From: Candidatus Marinacidobacterales bacterium | GTDB lineage: Bacteria; Acidobacteriota; Vicinamibacteria; Marinacidobacterales; DATDRI01 | Direction of reading: 5' to 3' | Length of the DNA stretch: 64,000 nucleotides | Assembly (NCBI GenBank): GCA_965219415.1 | Contig: CBDCNP010000002.1 | Span: 4,672,001-4,736,000 of the forward strand | Position numbers and translations under genes: made by a program | Notes under the pieces: model-generated | Told to the model about the DNA's origin: nothing | Databases searched by the model: none | Seen by the model: the letters and a program-made list of their open reading frames with translations, nothing else | Shown: positions 32,001-41,496 of the stretch, piece after piece | Layout: every line of letters begins with the position of its first letter | Position numbering within the stretch: the first letter of the stretch is position 1

Positions 32001-32461
32001 TGCTCGATCCGGAGACGCCCGTCCCGGGTGTCACGCAAGGCGCATTGCGGCCGGAGATTGTCGCAATCGCCGTACCCACAACGACGGACGGACACAACAT
32101 GACCGGCGACGATTTTTCGGTGACGGCAGGATGGGGACACTTCGGAATTGGCGACGCCGTGATGCCTGGCCAAGGCCGGGTTGTCGAGCGTCCCTACACG
32201 CCGGAGGAGCTGGTCGCTTTGGGCGAGACAGTTGCCACCCTTGGTGAGACGACGTTCGACGTGTATCTCAATGCCCGCGCCTTCTGGCGTAACATCCCTG
32301 CTTCCGTCTGGCGCTACAAACTGGGCGGCTACCAGGTTCTCAAGAAATGGCTCTCCTACCGTGAGCGCTCTATTCTCAACCGCCCGCTCAAACCCGAGGA
32401 AATCCAGCATTTTGCTGACACCGGTCGGCGGATTTCGACGATGGCGCTTACCCGCGTTTAA
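29081..32461 (+). CDS. Single-polypeptide RM enzyme (nuclease + N6 MTase + type ISP-like TRD, no helicase); true start probably slightly downstream
   Basis: GHPDFG..VEVK, WYTP, LDPCCGTG, GNPPY, YRPFD, LGGYQVLKKWL. Confidence 0.85.
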   Translation: MMGRKHEPSRKKNGKFEAFAQLQLTAAVETYFTELRRMRASGGGTGERSSYPALANLLNTVGATLRPKVFCVSELAEQGAGHPDFGLYAAKQVQKGRLREGQIPARGVVEVKGVEDDAWLTADGEQVSRYWSRYQLVLVTNTRDFVLVGMDAAGRPSKLETFRLADSAEAFDRRLEKPRAFAHDVGAGLGEYLSRVLSHRAALAEPKDLAWLLASYARDGLARVEAAGDTASLKAVRSALEEALGVRFEGEKGARFFHSTLVQTLFYGVFSAWVLWARQTPPPSAKFNWHDAVWHLRAPVLRALFQQLSDPGRLQPLGLVEVLDWTSAALDRVDRSSFFTRFREGEAVPYFYEPFLESFDPHLRKQLGVWYTPIEVVRYMVARVDKALKDDLDIPDGLAAENVYVLDPCCGTGAYLTEVLRRIAANLERRGLGALTGARVKQAAMERVFGFEIMPAPFVVSHLQVGITMQDLDAPLAEDGVERPGVFLTNALTGWEPKTTKPLPFPELEEERDRAERVKQETPILVILGNPPYNGFAGMAVEEERELSEAYRTTKRVRRPEGQGLNDLYVRFFRMAERRIVEKTGRGVVCFISNYSWLDGLSFTGMRERYLEAFDAVRVDNLNGDKYKTGKVAPDGTSDPSIFSTPGDPVGIQVGTAITTLVRKADHAQAGEVGFRHLWGQAKCAELMATAEEAPDTLYEGVEPVLPLGLPFVQTEVSEGWFDWAALPDLFPASFPGVKTSRDGFLVDVDLDRLKARIADYFNTDVSHEEIARRYPGVMKTTARFDARAIRDALVARGGPTEGGFVRFTYRPFDNRWLYWEGDGGLLDRPRPDYRPHVFEGNRWLVAQQKPRREWSPPQVISHIGCLDLMDRGATCIPVRLREDGIGNDGDGVRRPNISATVQRYLDRLGMGVEDLFHHVLAVLHDPAYRKANAGALRMEWPRIPLPGWPDGAAEGAAEVLAASAVQGRDLARLLDPETPVPGVTQGALRPEIVAIAVPTTTDGHNMTGDDFSVTAGWGHFGIGDAVMPGQGRVVERPYTPEELVALGETVATLGETTFDVYLNARAFWRNIPASVWRYKLGGYQVLKKWLSYRERSILNRPLKPEEIQHFADTGRRISTMALTRV

Positions 32462-33057
32462 AGACACTGCCGCTTGGCCTGTGCTCTGCAAAAAGTCGAT
32501 CCAGCGTTGATTGCGCGGTTTAGACCTGCCATGTTCGGCTGTTTCTTGCCGCCACCTCTTCCGTCGGTGCAAACGCTCCCCTCGGAAACCAGGATTCGAG
32601 ACCGAGACGCCAAGTAGTGACCTGGGTACACGGGCGGTGCGCCGGGGAAGAACCACAGGAGGTGCAGAACCTTGGTTGAGGCCCAATTCGAGACAACAAA
32701 GGACATGAAGGAGGTTCAGGCGCACCTGGACCAGAACGTGCTAGTCCGCTACGCCCCAGTAGCCCCGGCCTCGATTCTGGACCCCTCGGGTGGCCTCTTT
32801 TTGGCGGCCGCACGGCCCGGTCAGCGCCCGTTCTCCTATTTGGGCGCAAACGTGGCACTCGAAAATCGGGATTAGAGACGAATACCGAAAACGAGGCCCT
32901 TTCAGCCCTTCTAGCGCGTCTCTGGTGACACCTACCCCTGCAAAACCCCGCCAACCGCGCGGAAAATCTCACCCGTCTCTGCAGTGCCACAATTGGCCAG
33001 ACTGGGTGGCGGATGGCACAGTTTGGAGCTATCCGGTCTCGGCTGGAAACCAGCAAG

Positions 33058-33241
33058 AACAGGGAAAAACAGGGAATTTGGGCCATTATTGAGGCTGATC
33101 GGGCCGTTTTTGACGTGGTAACCATCTGTATCTAAAATGGTTAGATGACAATTCCCTGTTCCGAAATAACAGGGAATTTGAGATGACCGAACAGGGAATT
33201 TGAAATAGGCAAACAGGGAATTGCTCTGGAAGAACAGGGAA
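33058..33241. repeat. AACAGGGAA motif cluster
   Basis: Direct copies at 33058, 33068, 33168, 33190, 33212, 33233; inverted copy at 33152. Confidence 0.85.
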
Positions 33242-33736
33242 TTAAGAATCACGCGCTCGCCGATGCGGCTACCGCGTAACCCGCTCGCGAGCTAGAGTTT
33301 GAGCCTGACTTCGAGAGACGCCGTTCTTTCGGTGATGCCGGTTGGGCTGACCACGCGGTGCCTGACGTTCAGAGACATGTCTGTATGTACGCCGACATCC
33401 TTATTGATAGCGATGGCTTGCGCCGACACGCCCAGGCCAACTGACACTAGCATTCAAATACCTCTACCGCGACGACCAAGAACGTCCCAGGGTTGGATCG
33501 GCGTGCTCATGACCGAGTATTCCAGCTTCCCTTGGCGGAGCAAGCGTAGACGCGTCTATACGAAACGCTCTGGCTGATGCAGGTCTTGAGTCCGTTCGCG
33601 TTTTTTGGACACGACGGGAAGGTCTGCTCGGAATTGCCTATCGCAGACCCAGTGCCGCATCGGCTGGTCTCCGCGAATTTCGACAACGCCTATAGGATTC
33701 GAGATTTCGGCTCCGCTCGCATTTTCGGACACGACG

Positions 33737-33806
33737 CCAGTGCGTTAGCAGCGCTCGCTGGGATCTGTGCGGGGAGCCGCCCGTAAGGGCGGTCCCTACC
33801 GCGAAC
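33737..33806 (+). ncRNA. Group II intron domain V-VI remnant
   Basis: CCAGTGCGTTAGCAGCGCTCGCTGGGATCTGTGCGGGGAGCCGCCCGTAAGGGCGGTCCCTACCGCGAAC; DV 5' triad removed by an F end. Confidence 0.75.
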
Positions 33807-33830
33807 GTATCGCTTGCTTCCACCAAGCAA

Positions 33831-33859
33831 TTGACCAACATCTGTATACAATATAGAAT
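33831..33859 (+). promoter_or_regulatory. Sigma70 promoter of the TA operon with palindromic operator
   Basis: TTGACC-17-TAGAAT; TGTATACA palindrome in spacer; ATG 6 nt after the -10 box. Confidence 0.7.
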
Positions 33860-33865
33860 ACCCAC

Positions 33866-34099
33866 ATGAAAGCTATACAGGTGACTTTCGACGAGCAGTT
33901 GCTCGCGGAGCTCGACAACAGCGAAGAAGTGACACGTGAGGGACGGTCCGCCGTATTGCGCCGTGCCGTCAAGGAGTACATCCGGCGGCGACGGCGACGC
34001 TCCATCGCAGATCAGTACCGCCAAGCCTATGGCGAGGAAGGTGGTCTCGGCGAGGAATACAAGGGTTGGGAGGAGCAGGGCGGATGGCCTCTCGACTGA
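33866..34099 (+). CDS. RHH/CopG antitoxin
   Basis: MKAIQVTFDEQLLAELD..RSAVLRRAV; acidic tail. Confidence 0.85.
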   Translation: MKAIQVTFDEQLLAELDNSEEVTREGRSAVLRRAVKEYIRRRRRRSIADQYRQAYGEEGGLGEEYKGWEEQGGWPLD

Positions 34100-34413
34100 A
34101 TCGCGGTGAGATTTGGATGTTCACGTTCGCGCCGCCGGACAAACGACGCCCGGTTTTGGTGCTCACCCGACAAGAAGTTATTGAAATGCTGCGGACCGTC
34201 ATGGTCGCCCCAATCACCTCGACGATGCATGGAGCCCCCAGTGAAGTCATCGTTGGGACCGACGAAGGCTTGAAGAGAGAATCGGCGATAAACCTTGATC
34301 ACGTGCAGACCGTGGACAAAGCGCGCCTCAAACGCTTTATCGGCAGTGTCGGGCCAGAGAAGATGACTGCGGTTTGCCAGGCCCTCAACATAGCTACAGG
34401 ATGTGCAAGCTGA
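34084..34413 (+). CDS. mazF: PemK/MazF toxin
   Basis: RGEIW..KRRPVLVL..VAPITS..NLDHVQTV. Confidence 0.9.
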   Translation: MASRLNRGEIWMFTFAPPDKRRPVLVLTRQEVIEMLRTVMVAPITSTMHGAPSEVIVGTDEGLKRESAINLDHVQTVDKARLKRFIGSVGPEKMTAVCQALNIATGCAS

Positions 34414-34506
34414 CTTTGTTTAGGCTAATTGGTGGGGACGGTAGTGGTCTAGTTTGAATTTCCTGCCTCTTGCAACGTGGGCAGCCTTTGGTCAATACTC
34501 CTGCCA

Positions 34507-34720
34507 TGAAAATAGAGGATGGAACCCAATCAGCCTTCCGCGTTCTCCAACAAGTCATTGACGAGACCGAGGACGGCGAAGTCTCCCACAAGAATCCGGC
34601 TGCCGTGGCTCTCGGCCGCAAGGGGGGCTGGCATCAGCCAAAGTTCGTATGAAGAAAATATCGCCAGAACGGCGGTCGGAAATCGCTCGCAAAGCAGCTA
34701 ACGCGAGATGGAAAGAGTGA
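34507..34720 (+). pseudogene. Small basic KNPAAVALGRKGG protein, frameshifted in a G6 run
   Basis: Second half KKISPERRSEIARKAANARWKE lies in another frame. Confidence 0.6.
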
Positions 34721-34835
34721 AAGCCTAGACTGCTAGGATCCGCCGTGTGGAGGACTGTGGCCGCGGCAAGAACTTGGCCAGAGAACCGGGTGGCGCTGGA
34801 GCAGCCGACGTGAGGCCTGGGACGATGGACCACTG

Positions 34836-35591
34836 TTGTCTTGTATAATGGTGGAATATCAAGAAAGGAGGGGCTTGACCACCGCCCAGCATATGCCGAG
34901 TCATATCAGTGATTTGATCGGCTTGGGTATCTATTCGGTGCCCGAAGCCGGCCGCCTTACTGGCATCAAGTCGCGAACGATTCGAAGATGGCTCCGTGGC
35001 TACAGCTACAAAGTTGGCGACGAACTCCACCACTCGTCAGAGGTCGTCCTTGCGGATCTCAGGCAGACTAAGGAAGCCTTCGCACTAAGCTTTCGCGACC
35101 TCATTGAGGTCCGATTCGTACAAGCGTTTCGACGCCACGGCGTGAGTTGGAAGACTCTCCGAGCGGCCAGCTGCCTTGGTCAGAAGATGCTTCAGACCAC
35201 CCATCCCTTCTCGACGAAGGCCTTCCGTACTGACGGAAAAAAGATTTTCGCTGAACTCGCCGATGGCAGTAGAGACCCAAAACTGTTGGATCTTCTCGAT
35301 AACCAATATGTATTCAGGGAGATCCTGGCGCCGCACCTTTACAGCGGCCTCGAGCGATCGCCTGACGACGAAGTTCTCCGGTGGTGGCCGATGAACCGGA
35401 CCGGTTTGGTCGTCCTAGATCCAGGTCGCAGCTTTGGACAGCCGATAATCAACGAAGAGGGAGTGTCGACCTGGGTTCTGGCCAAAGCCTTTGAGGCGGA
35501 AGAATCGATCAACCGGGTGGCGGGATGGTTTGATGTGAAACCAGCTTCAGTACGTGCAGCGGTCACATTCGAAAATAGACTGGCTGTATGA
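34836..35591 (+). CDS. HTH + DUF433 antitoxin (VapB45-like); start uncertain
   Basis: YSVPEAGRL..IRRWL, LSFRDLIE, LDPGRSFGQP. Confidence 0.85.
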   Translation: MSCIMVEYQERRGLTTAQHMPSHISDLIGLGIYSVPEAGRLTGIKSRTIRRWLRGYSYKVGDELHHSSEVVLADLRQTKEAFALSFRDLIEVRFVQAFRRHGVSWKTLRAASCLGQKMLQTTHPFSTKAFRTDGKKIFAELADGSRDPKLLDLLDNQYVFREILAPHLYSGLERSPDDEVLRWWPMNRTGLVVLDPGRSFGQPIINEEGVSTWVLAKAFEAEESINRVAGWFDVKPASVRAAVTFENRLAV

Positions 35592-36001
35592 ATTTTTTTG
35601 CGGACAACAACATTTCCCCCGCGATCGCAAACGCTTTAAGTTCATTGAGCCAAAGGGAAGGCGTCGAGGTTGTCCCACTCCGAGAGAAATTCCCACCGAG
35701 CGTCGAAGATCGGGTCTGGCTGGAGTCACTTGGTAAGGAACGAAACTGGGTAATTTTATCTGGAGATATTTCGATCACTCGCAAACCGCACGAGCGCCTT
35801 GCGTGGCAGCAGTGTGGCCTGACAGCGTTCTTCCTTCAGAAGGGTTGGATGGGCATTCGCTTTTGGGATCAATCGTGGAAGCTCGTCAAATGGTGGCCAA
35901 CGATTATAGAAACAGCCAAGCGTTTCGAGACGGGACACTTATTTTCGGTACCAGTCAAAGGAAGTAAGTTAAAGACGATCGCCACGCCAGGCTCAGCATG
36001 A
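35588..36001 (+). CDS. PIN-domain toxin (VapC45-like)
   Basis: FFADNNI, EDRVWL, ILSGD. Confidence 0.85.
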   Translation: MNFFADNNISPAIANALSSLSQREGVEVVPLREKFPPSVEDRVWLESLGKERNWVILSGDISITRKPHERLAWQQCGLTAFFLQKGWMGIRFWDQSWKLVKWWPTIIETAKRFETGHLFSVPVKGSKLKTIATPGSA

Positions 36002-36245
36002 TGACAACCGTGAGGGAAGTACGCAGGTGAAACGTTCAGAACCCGTGAGGTCAAAATACTCATGCGGCTTCCCGATCCGCCGAGTATGAGACCCAGTCCT
36101 CGGCAGGCAATTCGCCAACCAAACCTAGACACCTCTAATCCGAAACGGCCCGGCGTGAAGGACGCCATGAGCTTCCAGTACGGGCCTCGTGACTCGATTC
36201 ATTTGTGGCATCCAGGAACTCGACCCGCGCATCACTGATATAGGG

Positions 36246-36663
36246 CTAATTCTTCACCGCAAGCTCGAACAAAGCCGCCTCCCGGTCACTGCGCACCAAA
36301 AGATACGGACCAACGAGCGCGGGGCTATTCCACAGCTTGCTGTCGAACAAATGGAGCCGTCCCAGCTCCAGGAGCTCCTCGGGGTTAGGCTCGACGAGCA
36401 TCATCTCACCGTGCTCGGTCTGGACTAAGAGTAGACCCTCCACCAGGAGCATCTGGCCGTGACCGTAGCGACCCCGCTTCCACTGGCGTTCACCGGTCGC
36501 AGCGTCCAGGCAGACCATGATCCCGTCATCGAGTCCGTAGATAAATCCCTCGTGCACGACGAAGTTGGCGAATTTCGCCTTGAGTCGATTGTTTTCCCAG
36601 ACGAGCGTTGCCTCGAGCTTCCCGTTGGCTCCGCGCTGGATCTGAAAACGTTTGGCACCGACC
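36246..36663 (-). pseudogene. PQQ-like beta-propeller C-terminal fragment
   Basis: IYGLDDG..CLDAATGERQWK..WNSPAL; 5' part removed at the D end. Confidence 0.8.
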
Positions 36664-37948
36664 TGTGCATCGTCAAAACTGCTCCGCCCACGAAATCAAG
36701 GACTTACGCTCCGCTTGAATTCCGGGCCGAAGACGGCGAAACTCTGCCGCTATGCTCGACGTTGTTGTCTTCCTCGTCTCACTTGGCGTCCGTGTCATTC
36801 GGGCGATGTGTCGGCGCCGCGCCGACCTGGTGTTGGAGAACGTCGCTTTGCGGCAGCAAGTGACGGCGCTGAAGAAAGAGCGCCCACGCCCACCGCTCGA
36901 CGACACGGAACGGGCTTTCTGGGTTGCTCTTCGAGGTTCGTGGCCCGTATGGGCGAGCCGCCTGCTCATCGTCCACGCGGACACCGTGGCCCGTTGGCAT
37001 CGCGACCGATTCCGACGGTACTGGGCAAAGATCTCGCAGCGCCGCCATCCCGGTCGGCCTCGGATTGATGCCGAGATTCGCCGCCTCGTCCGCACGATGG
37101 CGCAAGACGGCTGGGGGGCGCCACGCATCCATGCTGAGCTCACCAAGCTCGGTTTCATCATCTCCGAGATTACGGTGTCGCGATACCTGCCGCGGCATCC
37201 TGCGGAGCCCGACCAACTGAAGCGATGGATGGCTTTCTTGCGCAACCATAAAGACGATATCGCCGCCATGGATCTGTTCACCGTGCCCACCGCTTCGCTC
37301 CGGCTGCTGTACGGCTTCTTCGTCATCGAGCACGGGCGTCGGCACATCGTTCACTTCAACGCCACGTTCCACCCGACGTCTGCTTGGGTTATTCAGCAAC
37401 TGCGTGAGGCGTTTCCCTACGACACCGCTCCGAAATATCTCATCTTCGATCGCGACTTCATCTTTAGCGCTGCGGTCATCGAGTTCATCAAAGCAACGGG
37501 CACAAAACCCGTTCGCACTTCGTTTCGCAGCCCATGGCAAAACGGAACTGCGGAGCGGTGGGTCGGCAGCTGCCGTCGCGAGCTCCTTGAGCACGTCGTG
37601 GTTCTCGGCGCATGTCATCTCATCCGGCTCGTGCGAGCTTACATCAGCTACTATCACGAGGACCGTTGCCACTTGGGGCTGAACAAGGACACACCGAGCT
37701 TGAGAGCGGTCACGCACCGACCGTCTCCTACGGCGAAAGTCGTCGCACTGCCGCGAGTCGGTGGATTGCACCATCGATACGAGTGGCGAGAGGCAGCCTG
37801 AGTCAGCTTGGTCGCTCGCGTTACTCGGCTGGTCGCCGAGAAGTTCGTCCTCAGCACCTTCCCTCGCGCGCTGACCACGCTCTCCAGCATGGGCTCGAGG
37901 GCAGTCCGGGCCTAGAGTGCAGTCCCGGATAGATAATGATGATGGACA
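36664..37948 (+). mobile_element. Integrase element D (IS481/IS3-like), 1285 bp, complete
   Basis: Ends TGTGCATCGTCA / TGATGATGGACA; no TSD. Confidence 0.9.
36752..37801 (+). CDS. Integrase-core DDE transposase
   Basis: WGAPRIHAEL, AAMDLF, IFDRD, QNGTAERW. Confidence 0.92.
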   Translation: MLDVVVFLVSLGVRVIRAMCRRRADLVLENVALRQQVTALKKERPRPPLDDTERAFWVALRGSWPVWASRLLIVHADTVARWHRDRFRRYWAKISQRRHPGRPRIDAEIRRLVRTMAQDGWGAPRIHAELTKLGFIISEITVSRYLPRHPAEPDQLKRWMAFLRNHKDDIAAMDLFTVPTASLRLLYGFFVIEHGRRHIVHFNATFHPTSAWVIQQLREAFPYDTAPKYLIFDRDFIFSAAVIEFIKATGTKPVRTSFRSPWQNGTAERWVGSCRRELLEHVVVLGACHLIRLVRAYISYYHEDRCHLGLNKDTPSLRAVTHRPSPTAKVVALPRVGGLHHRYEWREAA

Positions 37949-38723
37949 GGGAGTTGAAATCCTGTTCGAGACCCTCTTCAGCGCTCTTTCGGGTATAGAT
38001 GGCGCAGCGGATTTTCGTCATGTCAGGCCTTGCGCTTGGGCGTCAGACCGAAAAAGCGTGGTCCCGACCAGTGTGTGCCGGTGATTCGCTTTGTGATGGT
38101 GGTGAGGGACGGGTAGGTTTTGCCATCAAACCGATAGCCGTTGTCGGAGTACCTCGACCTGATAGGTCCTGCCATTCCACTCGCGGACGAGATGGGTGCC
38201 GGCAGAAACGGACCCTGCGGGAGCAGAGTGTTTTGGTGTGCCGTTCGCCATGGCGGCCAGAGCGCGTCGGGTTGCGGCCGAATGCCCCCCATGGGTCCGG
38301 CACTGGTGTTCGCACGCAAGAACGCGGCGCAGGAGAGCGCGTGAGAGCGAGCTTGGCGGAGCGGACCCAAAGGTCTGCTCCCAGGCCCGCCGCAGGCTGG
38401 CGAGGTCCAAACCGTCCAGAACGACCCTCCGGCCAACTCTTGTATCCTGCGGCATCACCGGACGTTCGCTCTTTTGCGCCGTAAAGTCCAGTCCAATGGG
38501 CGCTTCCGCGGGTGCGCAGTTCGCGGCCTGCAGCTCGTCCTGCAGCCGATTTGAGCCAGCCAGCCGTGCGTACCCCAGTGGGCCTGTCGCCCGCCACCCG
38601 CAGCCCAGGGGTCGGAAGCACGCCCCGCGGCGCGAAATACCCTGGATTCTGCGCGGATTCCAAGGGCGTCTAAGCTGCTGATTTGTGGTCTATTGCAAAA
38701 GGGCCGAGTTTTGGCACAGGACG
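37949..38723 (-). pseudogene. DUF2924 gene (frameshifted), first 24 codons of serine recombinase, and B end
   Basis: Near-identical to 55804-56574. Confidence 0.85.
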
Positions 38724-39166
38724 ACAGCGCATAGAGAGTCCGGACCGTTTCGGCCTCAGCCTCGTTGATGCGCAGCGTGCGCCCGTCCTGCTCGTAGCCG
38801 AGCGGTACATGGCCGCCCATCCATAGTCCCTTGCGCTTGGAGGCAGCGACCTTATCGCGGATCCGCTCGGCCGTGACCTCTCGCTCGAATTGCGCGAAGG
38901 ACAGCAGCATATGCAGCGTCAGTCGTCCCATGCTGGTCGCGGTGTTGAAGGACTCGGTCACCGAGATGAAAACCGCGCCAGCCGCCTCCAGCCGTTCGAC
39001 GGGCTTCGCAAAGTCGGAGAGGGAACGGGTCAGCCGGTCGACCTTGTAGACCACCACCTGCTCGACGAGATCGGCATCGATGTCGGCGAGCAAGCGCTGC
39101 AGGCCCGGACGCTCCAGGGTTCCTCCCGAGATCCCCGCGTCCTCGTAGACAGTTGGCAGCAGCACC
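38724..39166 (-). pseudogene. Internal fragment of the serine recombinase between two B termini
   Basis: Near-identical to about 55303-55746. Confidence 0.85.
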
Positions 39167-39341
39167 CCGTCCTGTGCCAAAACTCGGCCCCTTTTAATAG
39201 ACCATAAATCAGCAGCTTAGTGTCCGTGTTTGCGACCGGGCCAAGGGCCGTAAGTGCGGACGCTCAGGACTGGTTCGCGGTCGGGGTTTTGCACGGGCAC
39301 CCTGTTACTAATTTCAGGGAAAATTGTTACGATAGGGTCCC

Positions 39342-41276
39342 ATGAAGGATCGCTTTCTTGCGGCGTATCTGAAAGACTTTACCGACGACTTCGGGCTTGC
39401 GGAATTCGATGAGAACGAATTGTTCGAACACTTCGTGAACTATTCAATAATCTCCAAGCACCACCCTGAATCCTTCCAACCCGAAGACGTTGCCGTTGGA
39501 GGCTCAGGAGACCTCGGCATCGATGGACTTGCGATCGTCGTAAACGATCACCTCGTCACCTCGACGTCCGACGTGGATTACTTGAAGAAGGTGTTGAGAA
39601 GACTCGATGTGGACTTCATCTTCATTCAAGCCAAAAGTTCTTCTCATTTTTATGCCGCGGAGATCGGCGCGGCCTTCTCAGGAATCCGTCAATTCTTCGG
39701 GCCAAGCGTACCCAACGGCGCCAATAACACAATCCGCGGGCTTCATTCGGTTAAAGAGTACATCTTCGACCATAGCATAGACATGGAACAAAGCCCATCG
39801 TGTCGCATCTATTTCGCCACGACGGGAGTCTGGACCAATGAGCAGGTGCTGCGGACCCGCGCGGACCAAGGCGTCGCTGACCTGCGGGCGACTCAACTTT
39901 TCTCGTCGGCATCTTTTGTTCCGGTCGATGCGGAGGCACTCAAGAAGCTTTATCGAGATCTGAAGAAGAAGATCGTTCGGGAGTTTTTGTTCGAGAAGCA
40001 CACGATTGTTCCGCAGATCAGCGGCATACAGGAGGCATACATCGGTATCGTTCCCTGCTCCGAGTACTTAAAACTGGTGTGTGACGAGGATGACTCTCTG
40101 AACAGACGACTATTCTTCGACAATGTTCGAGACTTCCAAGGCCACAATCCTGTCAACTCCGAAATCGAAGCGACGATTAACGATGCTACGCGAAGCGACC
40201 GTTTTGCTCTGCTCAACAACGGCGTCACGGTCGTGGCTCGGGACGTTAACAAGGTTGGCGCGCGCTTTCGGCTCAATGACTACCAGATCGTGAACGGCTG
40301 TCAGACGACACACATTCTTTACTCGAATCGTGGGAAGCTGAAGCCCAGTATATACCTGCCGCTTAAGCTGATCGTCACGACGGACGCGGAGGTGACTAAC
40401 CAAATAATTCAGGGCACGAATAGACAGACTGAAGTCAAACTCGAAGCATTCGAGTCCCTTGCCCCTTTTCAGAAGGAGCTTGAAGAACTCTATCTCACGA
40501 TGGGGCGTGGCCGTGGCGAACCGTTGTATTACGAGAGACGGTCCAAACAGTACGAGCACTTGGAGATTCGGCGGGAACGAATCATTTCGCTGGCCGTCCA
40601 GGTCAAGTGTTTTCTCGCAATGTTCTTGAATGAACCCCACAGCACGCATCGCTATTACGGCGAACTGCTTAGCGCCTATCGAAACCGGTTGTTCATCGAA
40701 TCACATTCGCCGACCCCCTACTACGTGAGCGGCTTGGCTCTGGCTACACTGGAGCGCCTCTTTCTGAACGGTAAACTTCCGCGCTCGTGGCGGCGTGACA
40801 AGTACCAGTTGTTGATGGTGTACCGCCTTCAGAACAAGTCTGACCTCTCGGCACTGAACGGCAAGGGGATCGAAAAATACTGTGACGGCCTGCTCACAAA
40901 GCTCGGTGATACGCTAGCGGTTGAAGCCGATTTCCGACGCGCAGGCGAGCTAACAGAGGTGGTGCGCCAGCAATCCGCGCCATTTCGGGAGCCTCCGGAA
41001 CGAACCCGCGCGTTCACAGAAGCCCTTGAGAAGGCAGTCGTTCGTCCCGGCCAGTCTACTCTCGCCAAGACCGACCAGGAGACGGGAACTGTCAAGCGAT
41101 TCAGCGACATCCGGGGGTACGGGTTCGTAGAGCGTGATTCTGGCGGCGACGCGTTTGTTCACTATTCGTACATATCTGGCAAAGGCTACCGCTCCTTGTC
41201 GGAGGGCCAGCGCGTCAGGTTCTCGGTAGTTGAGACACCTCGCGGAATTCAAGCAGTTGATGTAGAGACTATCTAA
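39342..41276 (+). CDS. AIPR family protein with C-terminal cold-shock domain
   Basis: DLGIDG, IQAK, LFFDNVRDFQG, LNNGVT, QIVNGCQT; C-terminal GTVKRF..RGYGFV..AFVHYS. Confidence 0.88.
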   Translation: MKDRFLAAYLKDFTDDFGLAEFDENELFEHFVNYSIISKHHPESFQPEDVAVGGSGDLGIDGLAIVVNDHLVTSTSDVDYLKKVLRRLDVDFIFIQAKSSSHFYAAEIGAAFSGIRQFFGPSVPNGANNTIRGLHSVKEYIFDHSIDMEQSPSCRIYFATTGVWTNEQVLRTRADQGVADLRATQLFSSASFVPVDAEALKKLYRDLKKKIVREFLFEKHTIVPQISGIQEAYIGIVPCSEYLKLVCDEDDSLNRRLFFDNVRDFQGHNPVNSEIEATINDATRSDRFALLNNGVTVVARDVNKVGARFRLNDYQIVNGCQTTHILYSNRGKLKPSIYLPLKLIVTTDAEVTNQIIQGTNRQTEVKLEAFESLAPFQKELEELYLTMGRGRGEPLYYERRSKQYEHLEIRRERIISLAVQVKCFLAMFLNEPHSTHRYYGELLSAYRNRLFIESHSPTPYYVSGLALATLERLFLNGKLPRSWRRDKYQLLMVYRLQNKSDLSALNGKGIEKYCDGLLTKLGDTLAVEADFRRAGELTEVVRQQSAPFREPPERTRAFTEALEKAVVRPGQSTLAKTDQETGTVKRFSDIRGYGFVERDSGGDAFVHYSYISGKGYRSLSEGQRVRFSVVETPRGIQAVDVETI

Positions 41277-41496
41277 GGTTACACCATGGCGGTTGCGGCA
41301 TCGGTGAGCGCTGCCGGGTTTCGGGGCAAGCGTCTCAGGCTTTCTGACGACGACCGGCGTAGGCTCGCCGTCAAGGCCCAGGCTTTGAGCGGTGCTTGCG
41401 CTGTTTACTGTTGGTGATGTGTACGCATCCCTTTGAAAAAAAGCGCTTACGCTCCATTTAGCGCGCAGCGAAGGTCACGAGCGCTATTTTAGGGGT

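Noticed and set aside
33002-33050. tRNA 3' remnant (TGGCGGA...) as an att site
   Set aside because: No recognisable T-loop complement (TTCGAA) follows
33058-33241. CRISPR array
   Set aside because: 9-bp motif with 12-13 bp spacers, and no cas genes
36779-37774. Long antisense ORFs over transposases, RM genes and the TonB receptor
   Set aside because: Shadow ORFs expected in GC-rich coding DNA
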